NCBI RefSeq assembly: GCF_033153115.1
Contig: NW_026889764.1
Coordinates: 10,602,001 to 10,666,000 of the forward strand
Direction of reading: 5' to 3'
Origin: Saccostrea echinata
Taxonomy: Eukaryota
DNA: 64,000 bases
The notes under the pieces are model-generated. The model made no database searches, was not told the origin of the DNA, and saw only the letters and a program-made list of their open reading frames with translations. Every line of letters begins with the position of its first letter. Position 1 is the stretch's first letter. Both the position numbers and the translations under genes were made by a program. Shown in pieces: positions 14,155-26,592 of this stretch.

Positions 14155-15344
14155 CTAGAAGAAAAGAATTGGGTCATACTGATTGGCGAATTTAACTCCG
14201 TCCACTCTGCTCCTATTGTTTAAGTCAGCATAGATTCTGACGTGTATGAACTGGGGTCGATGGCCTCCTCCTATTTTTACCTGATTAACAAAGAATTTTT
14301 GACGGAGATTAAATATAATGATGAATGTTCGAGAAATATGTAATAAATCGATATTTCTGGTATTTATTTATCATCTATTTGAAGTTTTGTCTATCTATAT
14401 TCAAATAATCATTTCATAAGGATTCCTAAGATTTATTATCAATTTTAATGGTAGTAATCATGCACTTAAACAACCAAGATACTTGAAACCATTTTTATCA
14501 GAATTTAGAATAAGTTATATAGTATTTATTTAAAGAAAACTCATGCTTTTCAAAGGTATGGATTAGTATCAAAGAAATTCTTTCATTTTGAATAGATTTT
14601 CATCCTGTTTAGAATTAATACCTTGATAAAGTAGTTAGTTCCTGCGACCAGCTGTTCTCTAAATACCAAAGCTTTCATTCGTCCAATTGGTTCCAGTATA
14701 TCTGGAGGAAGCTTTCGAATAATTGCGTTACGATTCTGAAATGTATCAATTCTCAGTAGTAAGTTTCTCTCATATTTTCTTACAGTTTTACCGTGTAGTC
14801 AATTAAATGGACAAATTAAAATATTTTTTTCTGATTTTTTTACTTGCAACATAGTACCTTTAAGTAATAAGTTATATATTTTAGCTTAGTTTTTGGGATT
14901 GTCTATCTGCTACACAGTGTAATAAGATTCAGTTTAAATTAATGGTTATAATGGATCTTCATGTTTTTGCTTTTACAGTTCATAAGTTGTGACCAACAAT
15001 CAATTATAATTAATCAAAGAAATGTAAACATTTAGAAGACTATAGATTGATGAGTTTCAATTCTAAAATGAACATTTTTGCTTTATATAAATATCATTTC
15101 CTAACCAAATTTTACGGAAAAAATTATAAAGGTTTTTTTATTTAATTGATCGACTACACAAAATGCTGCAATGTCTCTTGTACACTTTTTGAATTTAACT
15201 TACCGCTTGTACCAAAGCCTGTACCCCAGGTGTTGCAAATTGTTGTTCTCCTAGACCCCCTGTTTTAAAACCTCTTATGACGTATTAAGTCTCTAAAAAG
15301 ACAACCAAAATAAGGCTCAACGAAAAAATGTGCAATCGTTTCAT
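14155..15344 (-). pseudogene. Stefin-like cystatin A with signal-peptide-like leader; premature stop in exon 1
   Basis: Exons 15344-15204, 14735-14622, 14280-14155, GT-AG, phase 0. MKRLHIFSLSLILVVFLET*YVIRGFKTGGLGEQQFATPGVQALVQA/NRNAIIRKLPPDILEPIGRMKALVFREQLVAGTNYFIK/VKIGGGHRPQFIHVRIYADLNNRSRVDGVKFANQYDPILFF; TAA at 15287-15285. Confidence 0.85.
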
Positions 15345-16375
15345 CGTGAACAAATTGTTGACAGGAATGATGTTAAGACAGCTTCTCGGCTCTATTTATA
15401 TCACCTGTTTGATGTCCACATGTTGCAAATTTAGGGTAATTTTGCATTTAGCTCATCTGAATTAGAAATTTTTTATTCAAATTTGTTCCCCGATCTCTGT
15501 TTCATATGTAAGTCCAGTATCTCGAAGAATGATTCTTAAAACTTCACTTTCCTCTTTTGAAGAAACGACTCCAGTCGTAAAAATACATGCCACACAACAT
15601 TATGTTTAAAATGGAAATCGCATAAAAGAATGTCTACATGTGTTTGTATATAAAAAAGAGAGAAATATACATTAGATAAGACAAAGACATCGTCCTCAGG
15701 AGCAATAGCATTGGATCCTGTATCCAATGAAATGTTTCATAGATAAAATGTTTTAAAAAATCTAATATGGTGTTGTTTTATTTTTTATAAAGATGAGTTC
15801 TTACATACTTGTTAAGATCATTTTCTCTGCCCAATTCTCTTATAGAGTTTTGATTTGATGATAAGGATGAGAAAATACTTTGACTCAAATAGGTTTTGAA
15901 AATAAGTATCAGCGTCTCACCTTGTCATTCAGATGATTGATTAAAGTGAAAATTACATGTAATAGTTAAAGTATTTGGTGCTTAAATATTGATTATTTGT
16001 TTTATTTGTTAAAACTTGTTTCTAGCAAGAGTACCCAGGAAAAAAAACTTATAAAGCATATATATAATGGGGCCGACCATTTTGTATATTTTTTAAAAAA
16101 ATATTTACTGTACACAAATCTGCATGAATATAAGGGTGTGTCTCTGATGTAGCAGCAATTACTTTCGAATAGAAATCAACATCAATCTTCTCTTGAGGTC
16201 ATTCCTTATGAACCTTTAAATAAAGCAAAACAACCTTAGGGTATCACAAAAGTTCAGGTCACGAATTAATAATCATCAATATGGTTTGCAAGAGGGATCA
16301 AGATCACCTGTTACAAATTACACAAACATTCGGCTATTATTAATTACATTGGTCAGTATATCATAAAGACCAATA

Positions 16376-17423
16376 ATGGTGAACCTCAAGGGTTGCCTCT
16401 TTTTGTTCCTTTCTTTAGCAGGTTTTGTCGATTCTGCAGTCTATGGTGGTTATGGTCCCGAAGTTCCTGCTACCCCAAATATACAGACATTGGTAAACAA
16501 GGTAAATTTGGTCGCTTATTTATCATTTTCTGACGTTGGACAAACATGTAAATGTAAGATTCTTTGCAGAACATTTTGCTTAATATTCAATGCACCGTTT
16601 CGAATTTTAATCGTCTTTAATGATATGAAATGTATGACCTGAATATTTCCAAAATATCGATTTTATTTTTCAGGTTGGATATTTTTAATTTAAGAAATAT
16701 TTGTAAATATCTGATATGTTATACGCTGATCAATCAATATTATTTATCAAAATACTTCAGCACTATGGAGACATCTACAGACTTCTACCACTTGGATACT
16801 ACCAAACAGTACCCGTGACGCCATCTCTAAAAGCATATAGTTATCGCATGCAGATCGTGGCAGGGACCAACTACCTGATAAAGGTCTTTAAATAATTAAA
16901 ATTTAATAGATTACAAGATCTTAATTGATTTTGACAAATATAATTTGCTCGGTTTGTTTACAGAAGAATAACCAATGATAAATAATGTTTGTTCATACTC
17001 CGCTACTGGTGAAACCAGACAATAGGTTTCCTCTCCGTCCGTCCGTCTATCTGTGTGTCTTGCCTGTATTTCAGTCAGTTTGCCACCGCTTGTTTTTCAC
17101 TACGTTTTCTTTCTAAAAGCTTGCGTTTATTGGGCTGATCTTTATTGTAATAGTCTATTTTAATGATTAAATATCCCAATTTTTCCGCTTTATTTATATT
17201 TGATATTATTGCCTCAGGGAACTCAGTTTTGTTCGCATGTATGTAATACTATTTTTGTTGAATTTTTGTTTTTAATTGTTTTATAAGGAATGTGCTAGAA
17301 AGCATATTATTAATTCAAATACGTTTATTTTTGTAGATAAATACGGGCTATAACCGATTCATATATGTTACAATTTACAAGGACCTGTCCAACAACTCGA
17401 GAGTGACCAACATAAGTTTTTGA
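16376..17423 (+). CDS. Predicted secreted stefin-like cystatin B, 111 aa, C-terminally short
   Basis: Exons 16376-16501, 16761-16883, 17337-17423. MVNLKGCLFLFLSLAGFVDSAVYGGYGPEVPATPNIQTLVNK/HYGDIYRLLPLGYYQTVPVTPSLKAYSYRMQIVAGTNYLIK/INTGYNRFIYVTIYKDLSNNSRVTNISF. Confidence 0.85.
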
Positions 17424-17879
17424 AAGATAAGACTGTAGTTTTCAGTACAGGGAAATTTCAAGTTATTGAAAAATAATTTGAAAACAAATCTACGCATATG
17501 CATGTTTATTGGTGAAACATTTCGTCATTGTCTTATATGTATCTTACCTTAAATACTACAAAAAAACCGACTGATTTTTTTATGTCAAAGAAATTGTTAA
17601 AATAAAATGATTGATGAAAGCTAAAAGAAATTAAGTACTTCTGTGTTTTGACGCTTAAATAAGCAAAAAAAAAAAAATCCCTAAAAAGAATAAGATAAAG
17701 TCTCCTATCCTTTTGTATAAATCCGAAGAAACAGACAACATGTTAGAGAGACTCATACAGAAGTAAAGAGTCTCTTGGAATTTTGTTTCTACAGTGTGCG
17801 CAATGAGAAAATTTATATTAATAAACACCTCTTTAGCTTAACCTAACAGATAATCATATTTCTTTTTATATTCATAAAA

Positions 17880-19150
17880 TGTCAAGATAACAAACAGTAA
17901 TCGTACTCAGATGTCCATGTAGGCAATTCAAATTGTAAGGAGCAAAGCCAAGATGGACCTCTGAAAACAGAGGTGGGAATTGGTGGCATGGAGGATTACA
18001 GTGTAAACATTCCTTGTAGACCGAACACACTCGAAGTCTATGCTAGGGTAAACGGAAAAATCCGTGGACAATTCAGTGTAAAAATTATGGTCTAAATATT
18101 TCTAAGATAAAAGTCAGTCAACATTCGACTTAACGCTAGATTGTATATGCTAAAAATGCCATAGAATTTGCGAAATATTTACCTTTCACGAGATTGTTGA
18201 TATCCATGTATCATCAACTTATTTTTCAATAGCTTTTAGAAATTCTTTGTTCGTGGAACATGCTCTTGAGTATCGAATCAAGTGGGAGATATAAACTCCA
18301 TATGCAGGTGATAATGGTATATTGATTCATAAATAAAGGATGTTGACGATAGAAAAGTTGGTCTACACATATTTCATAAAGTTTAGCTTTTAGTTTGCCT
18401 TCAATGTCTTTCTCTAATAAAATATCCAAATATGAATCATGTGTCAGATTCTGTGGTGTCTTTTCTTTCTAGTTCAAAGGGACATATTGAATCAATGTAA
18501 GAATGAAAATAAATATTGTCAATTGATAAAACGTCGTCGATATATCTAATTTTTTTTTTTTTCATGTAGGCGTTTTTGAATAAATTTTCTTCATATGAAT
18601 ACAAAAACAGGTCGGCTAATAACGGGGCACAATTATTAATCATGGAAATTCTAGCACATTTTTGGAAGACCTGGTCTCCAAAAACTAGATAGATACTGTC
18701 AAAGAGAAACTCAAGCATTTTGTTTATATAAACCTCTGGAACTTGTGTATAGAATCAGCATGTTTTTTTTAACAAAATAAGTTAGCAGATGAAGATTTAC
18801 GACTGGTTTTAATTTTTACTGAAATCGTCTATGATGTCAAAAAGCATGGTCTTTAATTTATCGTGTTGAATGGTTGTAGAAAGTGCTGAAATTCATACGT
18901 TTTGATTTTATTAATTTTAGTGAGATTGCTAATTTTCTGAAAATTCGTTGGAAGTTTGAAGCATTCACATCTGATTAAAACCACTTCTCGAATATGTTGT
19001 TGTTCAATACTAGTACTCCTGAAGTTTTTTCCTTCACTGCTATTCATATTATATGAGGAATAAAGAAAAATCTTGATAGAACATTTACTAGAACCCTCTA
19101 TGTATCCTCGTAAAGATTTTTTATGAAGTTTAGGAATCTACTATGTAGGT
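17880..19150 (-). mobile_element. Decayed Penelope-like retroelement (RT)
   Basis: ORF pieces NCAPLLADLFLYSYE..RYIDDVLSIDN..ELERKDTTES and DILLEKDIEGKLKAKLY; frameshifted. Confidence 0.8.
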
Positions 19151-19295
19151 GTGGCATTCGTGTCGCCATTATTAACGTCTGTTTTCTCTGAAAATTCACG
19201 ACAATGTTATTTTTCTTATGATATTGAAAAGATAATAAAACCATAGTTTTAAATTTCTATAAATTTATTACATTAAAACATGGCGGTTCTGGTCA

Positions 19296-19944
19296 TTAGA
19301 AGTATACGATTGGGTCATACTGAGCCACAACTTTGACATCCTCCACCTTACTACGATTATTCAGACCTGTGTATATCTTCACATGTAAGTACCGAGGGCG
19401 AGTACCTTGCATTTTTACCTGAAAAAGCAAATGATTACCTGAGTTAAAAATTTGTTTTAAGAGCATGAAATTCATGTAACTCAACGAAAATTCTTTAGTT
19501 TTCTTGCTGCATATTCTGATAAATTTAAATTTTCTAGATGTTTACATACCTTGATAAAGTAGTTTGTTTCTCTCACAACCTGCTTTCTAAACACTTGAGC
19601 CTTCAAAGGTCCGAAAGGTCCGTTCATATACGATGGTAATTTACGGATAATGGCGTCCCTATTCTATAAGAAGATGATATTGACGACTTTGAAAAAATTA
19701 TTTTCTCAGTTCATTCAACTATATACATGTAATTTAACTTATGAATATAATATCAAAAGATTATATTATATCAGAATAAAAGGGGAAAAGTGAAATTAAT
19801 TGCGTCTATTTAGCATACCTTTTGAACGAGGGCCTGTTCGCCGGGCCCTGCATACTCCTGTGGACCGAGACCTCCGGGAGTGCAGTATGTCTCAGTGATG
19901 ATCGCCAAGAGGAGACCAAGAGCAAATACGGAAAAAACGTTCAT
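19296..19944 (-). CDS. Predicted secreted stefin-like cystatin C, 120 aa, atypical QVVRE loop
   Basis: Exons 19944-19819, 19663-19550, 19418-19296. MNVFSVFALGLLLAIITETYCTPGGLGPQEYAGPGEQALVQK/NRDAIIRKLPSYMNGPFGPLKAQVFRKQVVRETNYFIK/VKMQGTRPRYLHVKIYTGLNNRSKVEDVKVVAQYDPIVYF. Confidence 0.9.
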
Positions 19945-19991
19945 GATGCTTCTTTTATTTGGTAGTGAGGATTTTTCTGTGGTCAGCACTA

Positions 19992-20030
19992 CTTTTATAG
20001 CACCTAGCCTTTGTCCCACATGTTACAAAT
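19992..20030 (-). promoter_or_regulatory. TATA box and conserved upstream motif of gene C
   Basis: TATAAAAG on the minus strand ~50 nt upstream of the ATG; equivalent TATA in A, F and H; ATGTTRCAAAT conserved in A, C and F. Confidence 0.55.
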
Positions 20031-21189
20031 ATACACCCCTGTCATCATAACTTTTAAATTCGTTCCACGTAAGCTAATGTTTATTACTGTATACGTGTAC
20101 GTCATGTTGGTCGAGTTGTTGTATGTAATTATTATAATTAATCAATCTTTAATCCACATATTTCTGCATGAACTTTTCACCGATTGTTGAATGAGAATAT
20201 TTTAACTTTGTTTTGGAAGACAGATAATTCCACAGATCTAAATTTATAAAATTTCGTGAAACATGTTTCATTCATGATCATTCTATTCACAGAAAAATGT
20301 AGTAGAAAAATATAAATTTATTCATGGTATGTATGAAAGTGAATACAGGAAATAAATATTTCATAATATAAAATATATTTCGTATTAAGATAAAATGATA
20401 ATAAAACTAGTGAATTTATTAAAATTTTATATAGTTAATACTCGACTAAATTTCAAATAGATTGAATTGAGGATTATTTTGTAAACCTTAAATGTGTGTG
20501 TAAATGTATGTTATGCATTTACCGTCTGCCTTTACAAATTCCAGAGCTGTATTTTTATGATAAGTTTGTGAGTGAAGTATTGAAACAGTGTTTATACTAA
20601 ATAGGAAATTCATCGGATGGTTGGAAGGGGATTAGGAAATCCGTATCTTCTGGGAATCAGAGGTATAAAATTATATTTTAAAATAATGTAACCAAAAAAA
20701 AAAAAAAAAAAAGGTTCCTGCACCCCTTCTACCGGGAATCAAAATATTGAAATTTTCAATTTAATTCTTTTGAATATTTATGGTTATTATACTAATTTAG
20801 TTTTAATTATATTTATCTGTATGTCTAATGCTACAGAATAAATAAAAAAAGACATTTGAAATGTAAATGTGTAAATATCGATATATTTCACTTTCTTTTT
20901 ATTCTATTAACTAAATTTTTGATGTCGGTTCCAATGTATGGTTAAAAGTAAATGATAAAATACATGAAATGAAAAAGACCTGTTCTCCGAAGACTACATA
21001 ATTTTAATTTATCGTGAGGAGTGGTTGTATAAAGTGTAGAAAAGTAGTATGTTTTGATGTTACTGACTTGTGGAGAAAAATGGAGATTTTAAATTTTCTG
21101 AAAGTTTGTCGGAGTTTTTGAGAATCCACACCTGATTACATCTCATATAGAATATGCAGTAGCACATTACGTCTGAAGTTTGAAGAAAT

Positions 21190-21556
21190 ATCTCGCGTTA
21201 TATGTATGAAATGCAAAACATCGGGTAAGGTTTCGTGCGAATTTGTGGAATAATTATTTTTCTGACCGGACATTGGGATTCTAGCAGCACCTTTTAGACA
21301 TAAGAGATGTTTTTCAGCTATATTATTTACTCCAAGAAATTATTAAACCCCGGGGTAGTGTTGTTCTGTTTACTTTTTCAATATGGATTATTTTTCTATT
21401 AATAGCAGTCACGTGATGACGTCGTGGTGGTGTACGTCTTGGTCTCAGGCACACTCTGTTGTCTATACGCAATAGTTAATAATAGTTGAAGTTTTATCGT
21501 CGGCTTTGATAAATTATCCCGAGAAAAGATTTGAATGCGTCCTTAACATACCCGCG
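21190..21556. mobile_element. Partial copy of the TA-TSD DNA element at 23419-24411
   Basis: Colinear with ~24010-24411 and ends in ccttaacatacccgcg (the TIR). Confidence 0.7.
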
Positions 21557-21771
21557 ATACCATGCAACAAACTATTAAAAGTTAATCACAAGCAATAAGT
21601 CATATATTGCCCTACCATCCCAAACCTGTTGGTACATGCTAGAAGTCAAAAACCTAATCAAAAGCACCAGTAACATCTGGTCTGTAATGACTAATCTATC
21701 AGGGAACTTCACATGTATTTAAATCGGCGATTCGTGTATATCAGGAGAGTATTTTCAATTATATAATCAAG

Positions 21772-23038
21772 ATGGCAATTCGTGTCACAGTGGTTCTCAC
21801 TTTGGTGTGTTTGGCGGTCATCAGTGTGAATGCGTTTCGTCGTCCCGGAGGACTAAGTAGAACAAAACCTGCAACCCCAGAAATCCAGGGACTTGTTAAT
21901 TCCGTAAGTAAAAATAACATGATCAATAATTAATATTTGAATCAATCTCTAAGCAAGCTATCCAAATGTCGTAATGTAAAATGGTTATCGGCTAAGACAG
22001 CCACTTCTTGGATTCGTTCATCAACCTATAGGATACTATAATACTACTTTACAGAAATATTATTTCTGCATCAGGAGTACAAATATATTGGACTACGTTC
22101 TAAGTTTCAGCAGGTTCCACGACTTTAACGTAGCTCTAAAAATGGGTAAAAATTGATGCAAAATTTTCAAAAGATAAGATGCTTTGAGAAATATTTGCGT
22201 TTTAAGTACGTTATTTTGCGTGAAAATAAAACGATTAAGTAAAAATAGATATCGTTTATAAAGAACATGTTTTAAAGGGAAAAATCAATTTTACAAAAGT
22301 GTTGAAGAATAAGAACTGGTTGATTATATTATTTGAAATTATCATGTAAAATCATCACTTTTCTCCTTTGACCATGTGTAACATAGAAAAAAAAATGTTT
22401 GCGAGGATAATCACATATAGAATCTTTTTGTAAAATATTTTTTTTCAATTATTTAATCATTGTAAACGAAAAAAAAAAGTATATTATTAAATTGATCACA
22501 TGCAGGTGCGAGGGCAAATAATCAGTAAGCTCCCCCTAGGATACGACAGAGAACAATACTTACCATTGACAGCTCGTTCATACAAAGAGCAGATCGTCTC
22601 CGGCAAAAACTATTTCATCAAGGTAAAATCAATGCTTACATATTATGCATAATAAAATGAATTTATATAATTCATATTTTAAACTTCTGCATTTCGAATC
22701 ACATATACCTTATTTTTTTTAACATGGATGTCTCAAAAAGAAAAATCTTTGAATTCATGGAATTGTGGCTTAGTGTACAATGAGTTGCATACAGTAATAT
22801 AAATATATATGCAGACATTTTTTGTACATTGTAAAAAGCACCATTTATTTATATTTAAATTCATTTATTATCAAATGAATTCGAGAACTCATATTTGTAT
22901 ATTTGTTTTAAATTGCAGATTCAGACAGGACCAATGAGATATATTCATGTAAGAATATACAAACCACTGATTGGTTTTACTTCCGTGCACAGTGTCCAGT
23001 TGCAGAAATCCCTCTTGGATCCGATCGAATATTTTTAA
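21772..23038 (+). CDS. Predicted secreted stefin-like cystatin D, 122 aa, basic
   Basis: Exons 21772-21903, 22506-22622, 22919-23038. MAIRVTVVLTLVCLAVISVNAFRRPGGLSRTKPATPEIQGLVNS/VRGQIISKLPLGYDREQYLPLTARSYKEQIVSGKNYFIK/IQTGPMRYIHVRIYKPLIGFTSVHSVQLQKSLLDPIEYF. Confidence 0.92.
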
Positions 23039-23138
23039 ATACGTTAAATAGCAAACGCTTTTTGTATTATCAAAATTAAAGCACTTTAAAGTAAATACAT
23101 GTTTTCCTAACATTAAGGACCCTCTATGCACTAAAAGA

Positions 23139-24495
23139 TTGATTGATTGATTGATTGTATGTATGTATGTTGTTTTACGTCCCATTTGAGAATTTTTCAC
23201 TCATATAGAGACGTCACCATATACCGGTGAAGGGCTTCAAAATTGACCTTTACTCGGCACTCAGGGCCATTGAGCAGTGAGGGATCTTTCCAACTCCTGC
23301 CGTGACAAGGGGCCTCGGTTTTTACATGTAAGGTCTCATCCGAAGGACCCGCTACTTTCACTTCAGAGTGCCGAGCTCATGGCGAAGGAACATTTGCTAC
23401 CCATTTTTTATCGACTTACGCGGGTATGTTAAGGCTACACCCAGATATATCCTACTTCCCTTCACAATATGACGTCATAGTAAGCTGTATGACGTGAACT
23501 ATAGAAATAATGATTTCTTAATATCTATCTTTAAAGTTTAATTTCAGGTCCAAGAAAAGAATGGAATCATTCAAAACATAACATAAACTAAATCTTGTCG
23601 TTTTTGGGTGGTATAAATAGCTAATTATTTAGCACGGGGGTTAAATACCAAACCCATGACGTCATAAATATTGATCAAATATTTGCCGAGTGAAATGAGA
23701 ATTCATGTAAACAAATATATGAAATGGGAGTTTTAAGGCATATACCATGAATGTTATGTGTGATTCATAAGGAATTAAAGATTAAGAATCAGGTACGCTG
23801 ATATATTCTTATCATGTTTTCTTATAATGAACATAGTCAGTGCTTTGAAATCCCGATCAGCTGTTCCTCTGTCGTTCTATAACAACAAAGATGCAAAAGT
23901 TCAACACTACGCCGCATACTTTGAAATATAATTTTTGTTTGTATCGAAAGCTTGTATTCTATAGTACTTGGAAAGTGCTGCTAGAATCGTGTGGTTAACA
24001 TGAATTGATAAAAATTCCTTGATCGTATGTATAAAATGTAAAAATTTTGGTAAGGTTTCATGCGAAACTTTGGAATATTTTTTTCTGTGTCACGAGAGTA
24101 GGATTCTAGCAGCACTTTTCATGGCCCAGTGATGTTTTTACATAATTATTTTCACTAAAAGAAATGAATTATCTCCGGGGTAGTGTTGAACTTTTCACTT
24201 TTTCATTAAGGCAATTTTTCTATTTATAGACGTCACGTGATGACGTCGTAGTGGAGTGCTTCTTTTAGCCTAAGACTCAATGACGTCTATACAATGGATA
24301 ATAATAGTAAATGTTTTATCTATGGTTTTTCCGACTTATCAATGTTACATTTTACGAAAAAAGTCTAAATTCGCCGAAATATGATCTGGGTACTGCCTTA
24401 ACATACCTGCGTAGGTCAGTCGCGGCCGAGACTCGAACTCACGATCTCCCGATCACGGAGCGAGCGCTCTACCGACTGAGCTACCGTGAACGGTC
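23139..24495 (-). mobile_element. tRNA-derived SINE interrupted by a DNA element
   Basis: tRNA-like head (A/B boxes) at 24420-24495, body and (caat)n/(cata)n tail at 23139-23416; 12-bp TSD TGCACTAAAAGA at 23127-23138 and 24496-24507. Confidence 0.85.
23419..24411. mobile_element. Non-autonomous DNA transposon with TA TSD (Tc1/mariner-like)
   Basis: TIRs CGCGGGTATGTTAAGGC / GCCTTAACATACCTGCG flanked by TA on both sides. Confidence 0.8.
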
Positions 24496-26298
24496 TGCAC
24501 TAAAAGAAAAGATATTTTAGGATATTGAGAAATTTATAGTGTGTAAATATTCAGCTTATCTATAACATTTTGAACATAGGGTACCTTGCATTTAGCCCCA
24601 GGAAAAATGTTCAAAAAGAATGAAGTATTGATGAACAGAAATAACTGTTATTTACTTACTGGACAAAATACCTGCAAATGAAGTGTTCAATCTATTTAAC
24701 TTGGCCTATCAAAATGTTATGAATGCTTGATTTGATCACAAAATAAGTAATACACTGTACATTTGTATTTATTTTATTCTAAATAAAAGGGCAGATTACT
24801 CGATCTACATAAAAATACCAAAAATTAGAACTATTTAGTGTGCAGTGTATAGAGGCTCTAAACTACTCAGCTGTTACACGAAAAAAATAAGTGTCATTAG
24901 ATTGAGGTCACCAATTTGTAAAGAGAGGATGTTTGTTATTTTTTGCACGTTAACTTACGAAATGTCTAAAATAATCCCTACTATTACAACAGCTTGAACA
25001 AATAATTCGTCGTGAAAAATTAAATTAATAAATTTTATAAATATCACATATGATTTTCAAAAATGAAGACACTAAGGTAAAACTCGATTTGAAAACATCA
25101 GAAATTTGATAAAAATGTTAAATGATTATGTTTTAACTTTAGAAAGTAACACATGACTGTTAAAACACCCCCGTCCCGGCCATTCAATTGCAGCATGCAA
25201 GTCTGCAATAGACAACAGTTGCAGCTTGATTTCAACGATGTAATAGGTTCATCAATCTTGAGATCTGAGGGAAAGAAATATTCTTTGCCATTTTTAAATG
25301 CCTGTTTTTCAGAGATGAGGTCGAATTTTCTCTAGCCAAGCGCAGTGTAGTAACCCTTGGACTTCCGGTTCAAGGACTGTCATTCATGCTAATGATACCT
25401 AAGAGCCTGTTGAGGCGTGCTGTGGGTCATATTTGCATCTGCAACTCTCCATCACCTTTATTTTGAGATATTTAGAGCAATGGAAATGCGTAATTAAGTC
25501 ATTTTCAGGAAGCCTTGGCATCGCTTATGGAAAAGAAAGAGGAATTTATTTTTCGAAACATTGCTGCATTACGTATGATGAACAGATACAAATCCTTAAA
25601 ACCCCATATTTTTGCCAAATGTTTTGTTAAACATTCAATTTTTGATTTCTGTTAAGCAGACTCAAACTTAACTTCCGGTAATGGTGTGAAAATCATTCAA
25701 CCATTAAATTACTGATATTTACAAAGCTGAAGATGTCCTTACTTTTCAGATACAAAATTATATCCTATACATTTATGTAATATTTCCCCCTAAAATATGA
25801 TGTTGCGTTTCTTTTGCGTTTCAGCATATATGTTACGGTGGTAAAGAGATAAGGATGATTTAAAGAACTATAATTATTTTGTAGAGTACGTCAACTTTAC
25901 AAATGAAAAAGAACAAAACTGTTGCGATAAACAGTAATGAAACAAATAAACAAACATTTTGACCCATATTTGTCTTATTTCAAAAATCTAAGTATTAAGT
26001 CTTTTTCACACAATACTGTTACATGTAGCTAAGTTCATAATCGAAATAAGTACTTTCAAAGTAAGATATGTTTCAATTTCTGTTCATACAGACTGTTCAC
26101 CTCGAAAACGTTTTTTTTTTTTTTTTTTGTCATAAAGCTAACTTATGATAAAATAACCATTTAAAGACCATATATTAAAAATGTATATTTCCGTGCTGAG
26201 CGAGTTAATAGGATCAAAACTGTAAAAAACTTTAATTGAGAGAAATAGAAGTTCAAAATTTAAACCTTTTAATAGATTGTTGTTTTCAATCCTGTTCG

Positions 26299-26592
26299 GT
26301 CGCCCACGTGGCGCAGTGGTTAGAGCGTCTGCTCTAGATTCGCGGAGTAAGGTGTTGATCCTCACCTCGCGGGTTCGAATCTACTGCGGGACGTGGAGAC
26401 CAGTCCTTCGGATGAGATATATAAACCGAGGTCCCGTGTCGCAGTGGGTATTGGCACGAAAAAGATCCCTCATTGCTCAATTGCCCTGAGTGCCGAGTAA
26501 AGGTTAAAATCGGCAAGTTGTGGAGTCTCCATATGAGTGAAAAATTCTCGAGAGGGACGTTAAATAACATACAAACAAACATACAAACAAAA
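26299..26592 (+). mobile_element. Full-length tRNA-derived SINE
   Basis: A box tggcgcagtggttagagc, B box gggttcgaatc, (caaa)n tail; 12-bp TSD CAATCCTGTTCG at 26287-26298 and 26593-26604. Confidence 0.9.

Noticed and set aside
19945-20019. N-terminal extension of gene C given by the ORF track (start 20019)
   Set aside because: It starts at a non-ATG codon and spans the TATA box; paralogues F and H support the ATG at 19944.
22889-23200. 103-aa minus-strand ORF, and likewise 57693-58040, 41163-41456 and 37451-37675
   Set aside because: Antisense or off-frame shadows of real exons or transposon ORFs.
26299-26390. tRNA gene
   Set aside because: The A/B boxes run into a SINE body, tail and TSD; the same holds for 24420-24495 and 30646-30720.
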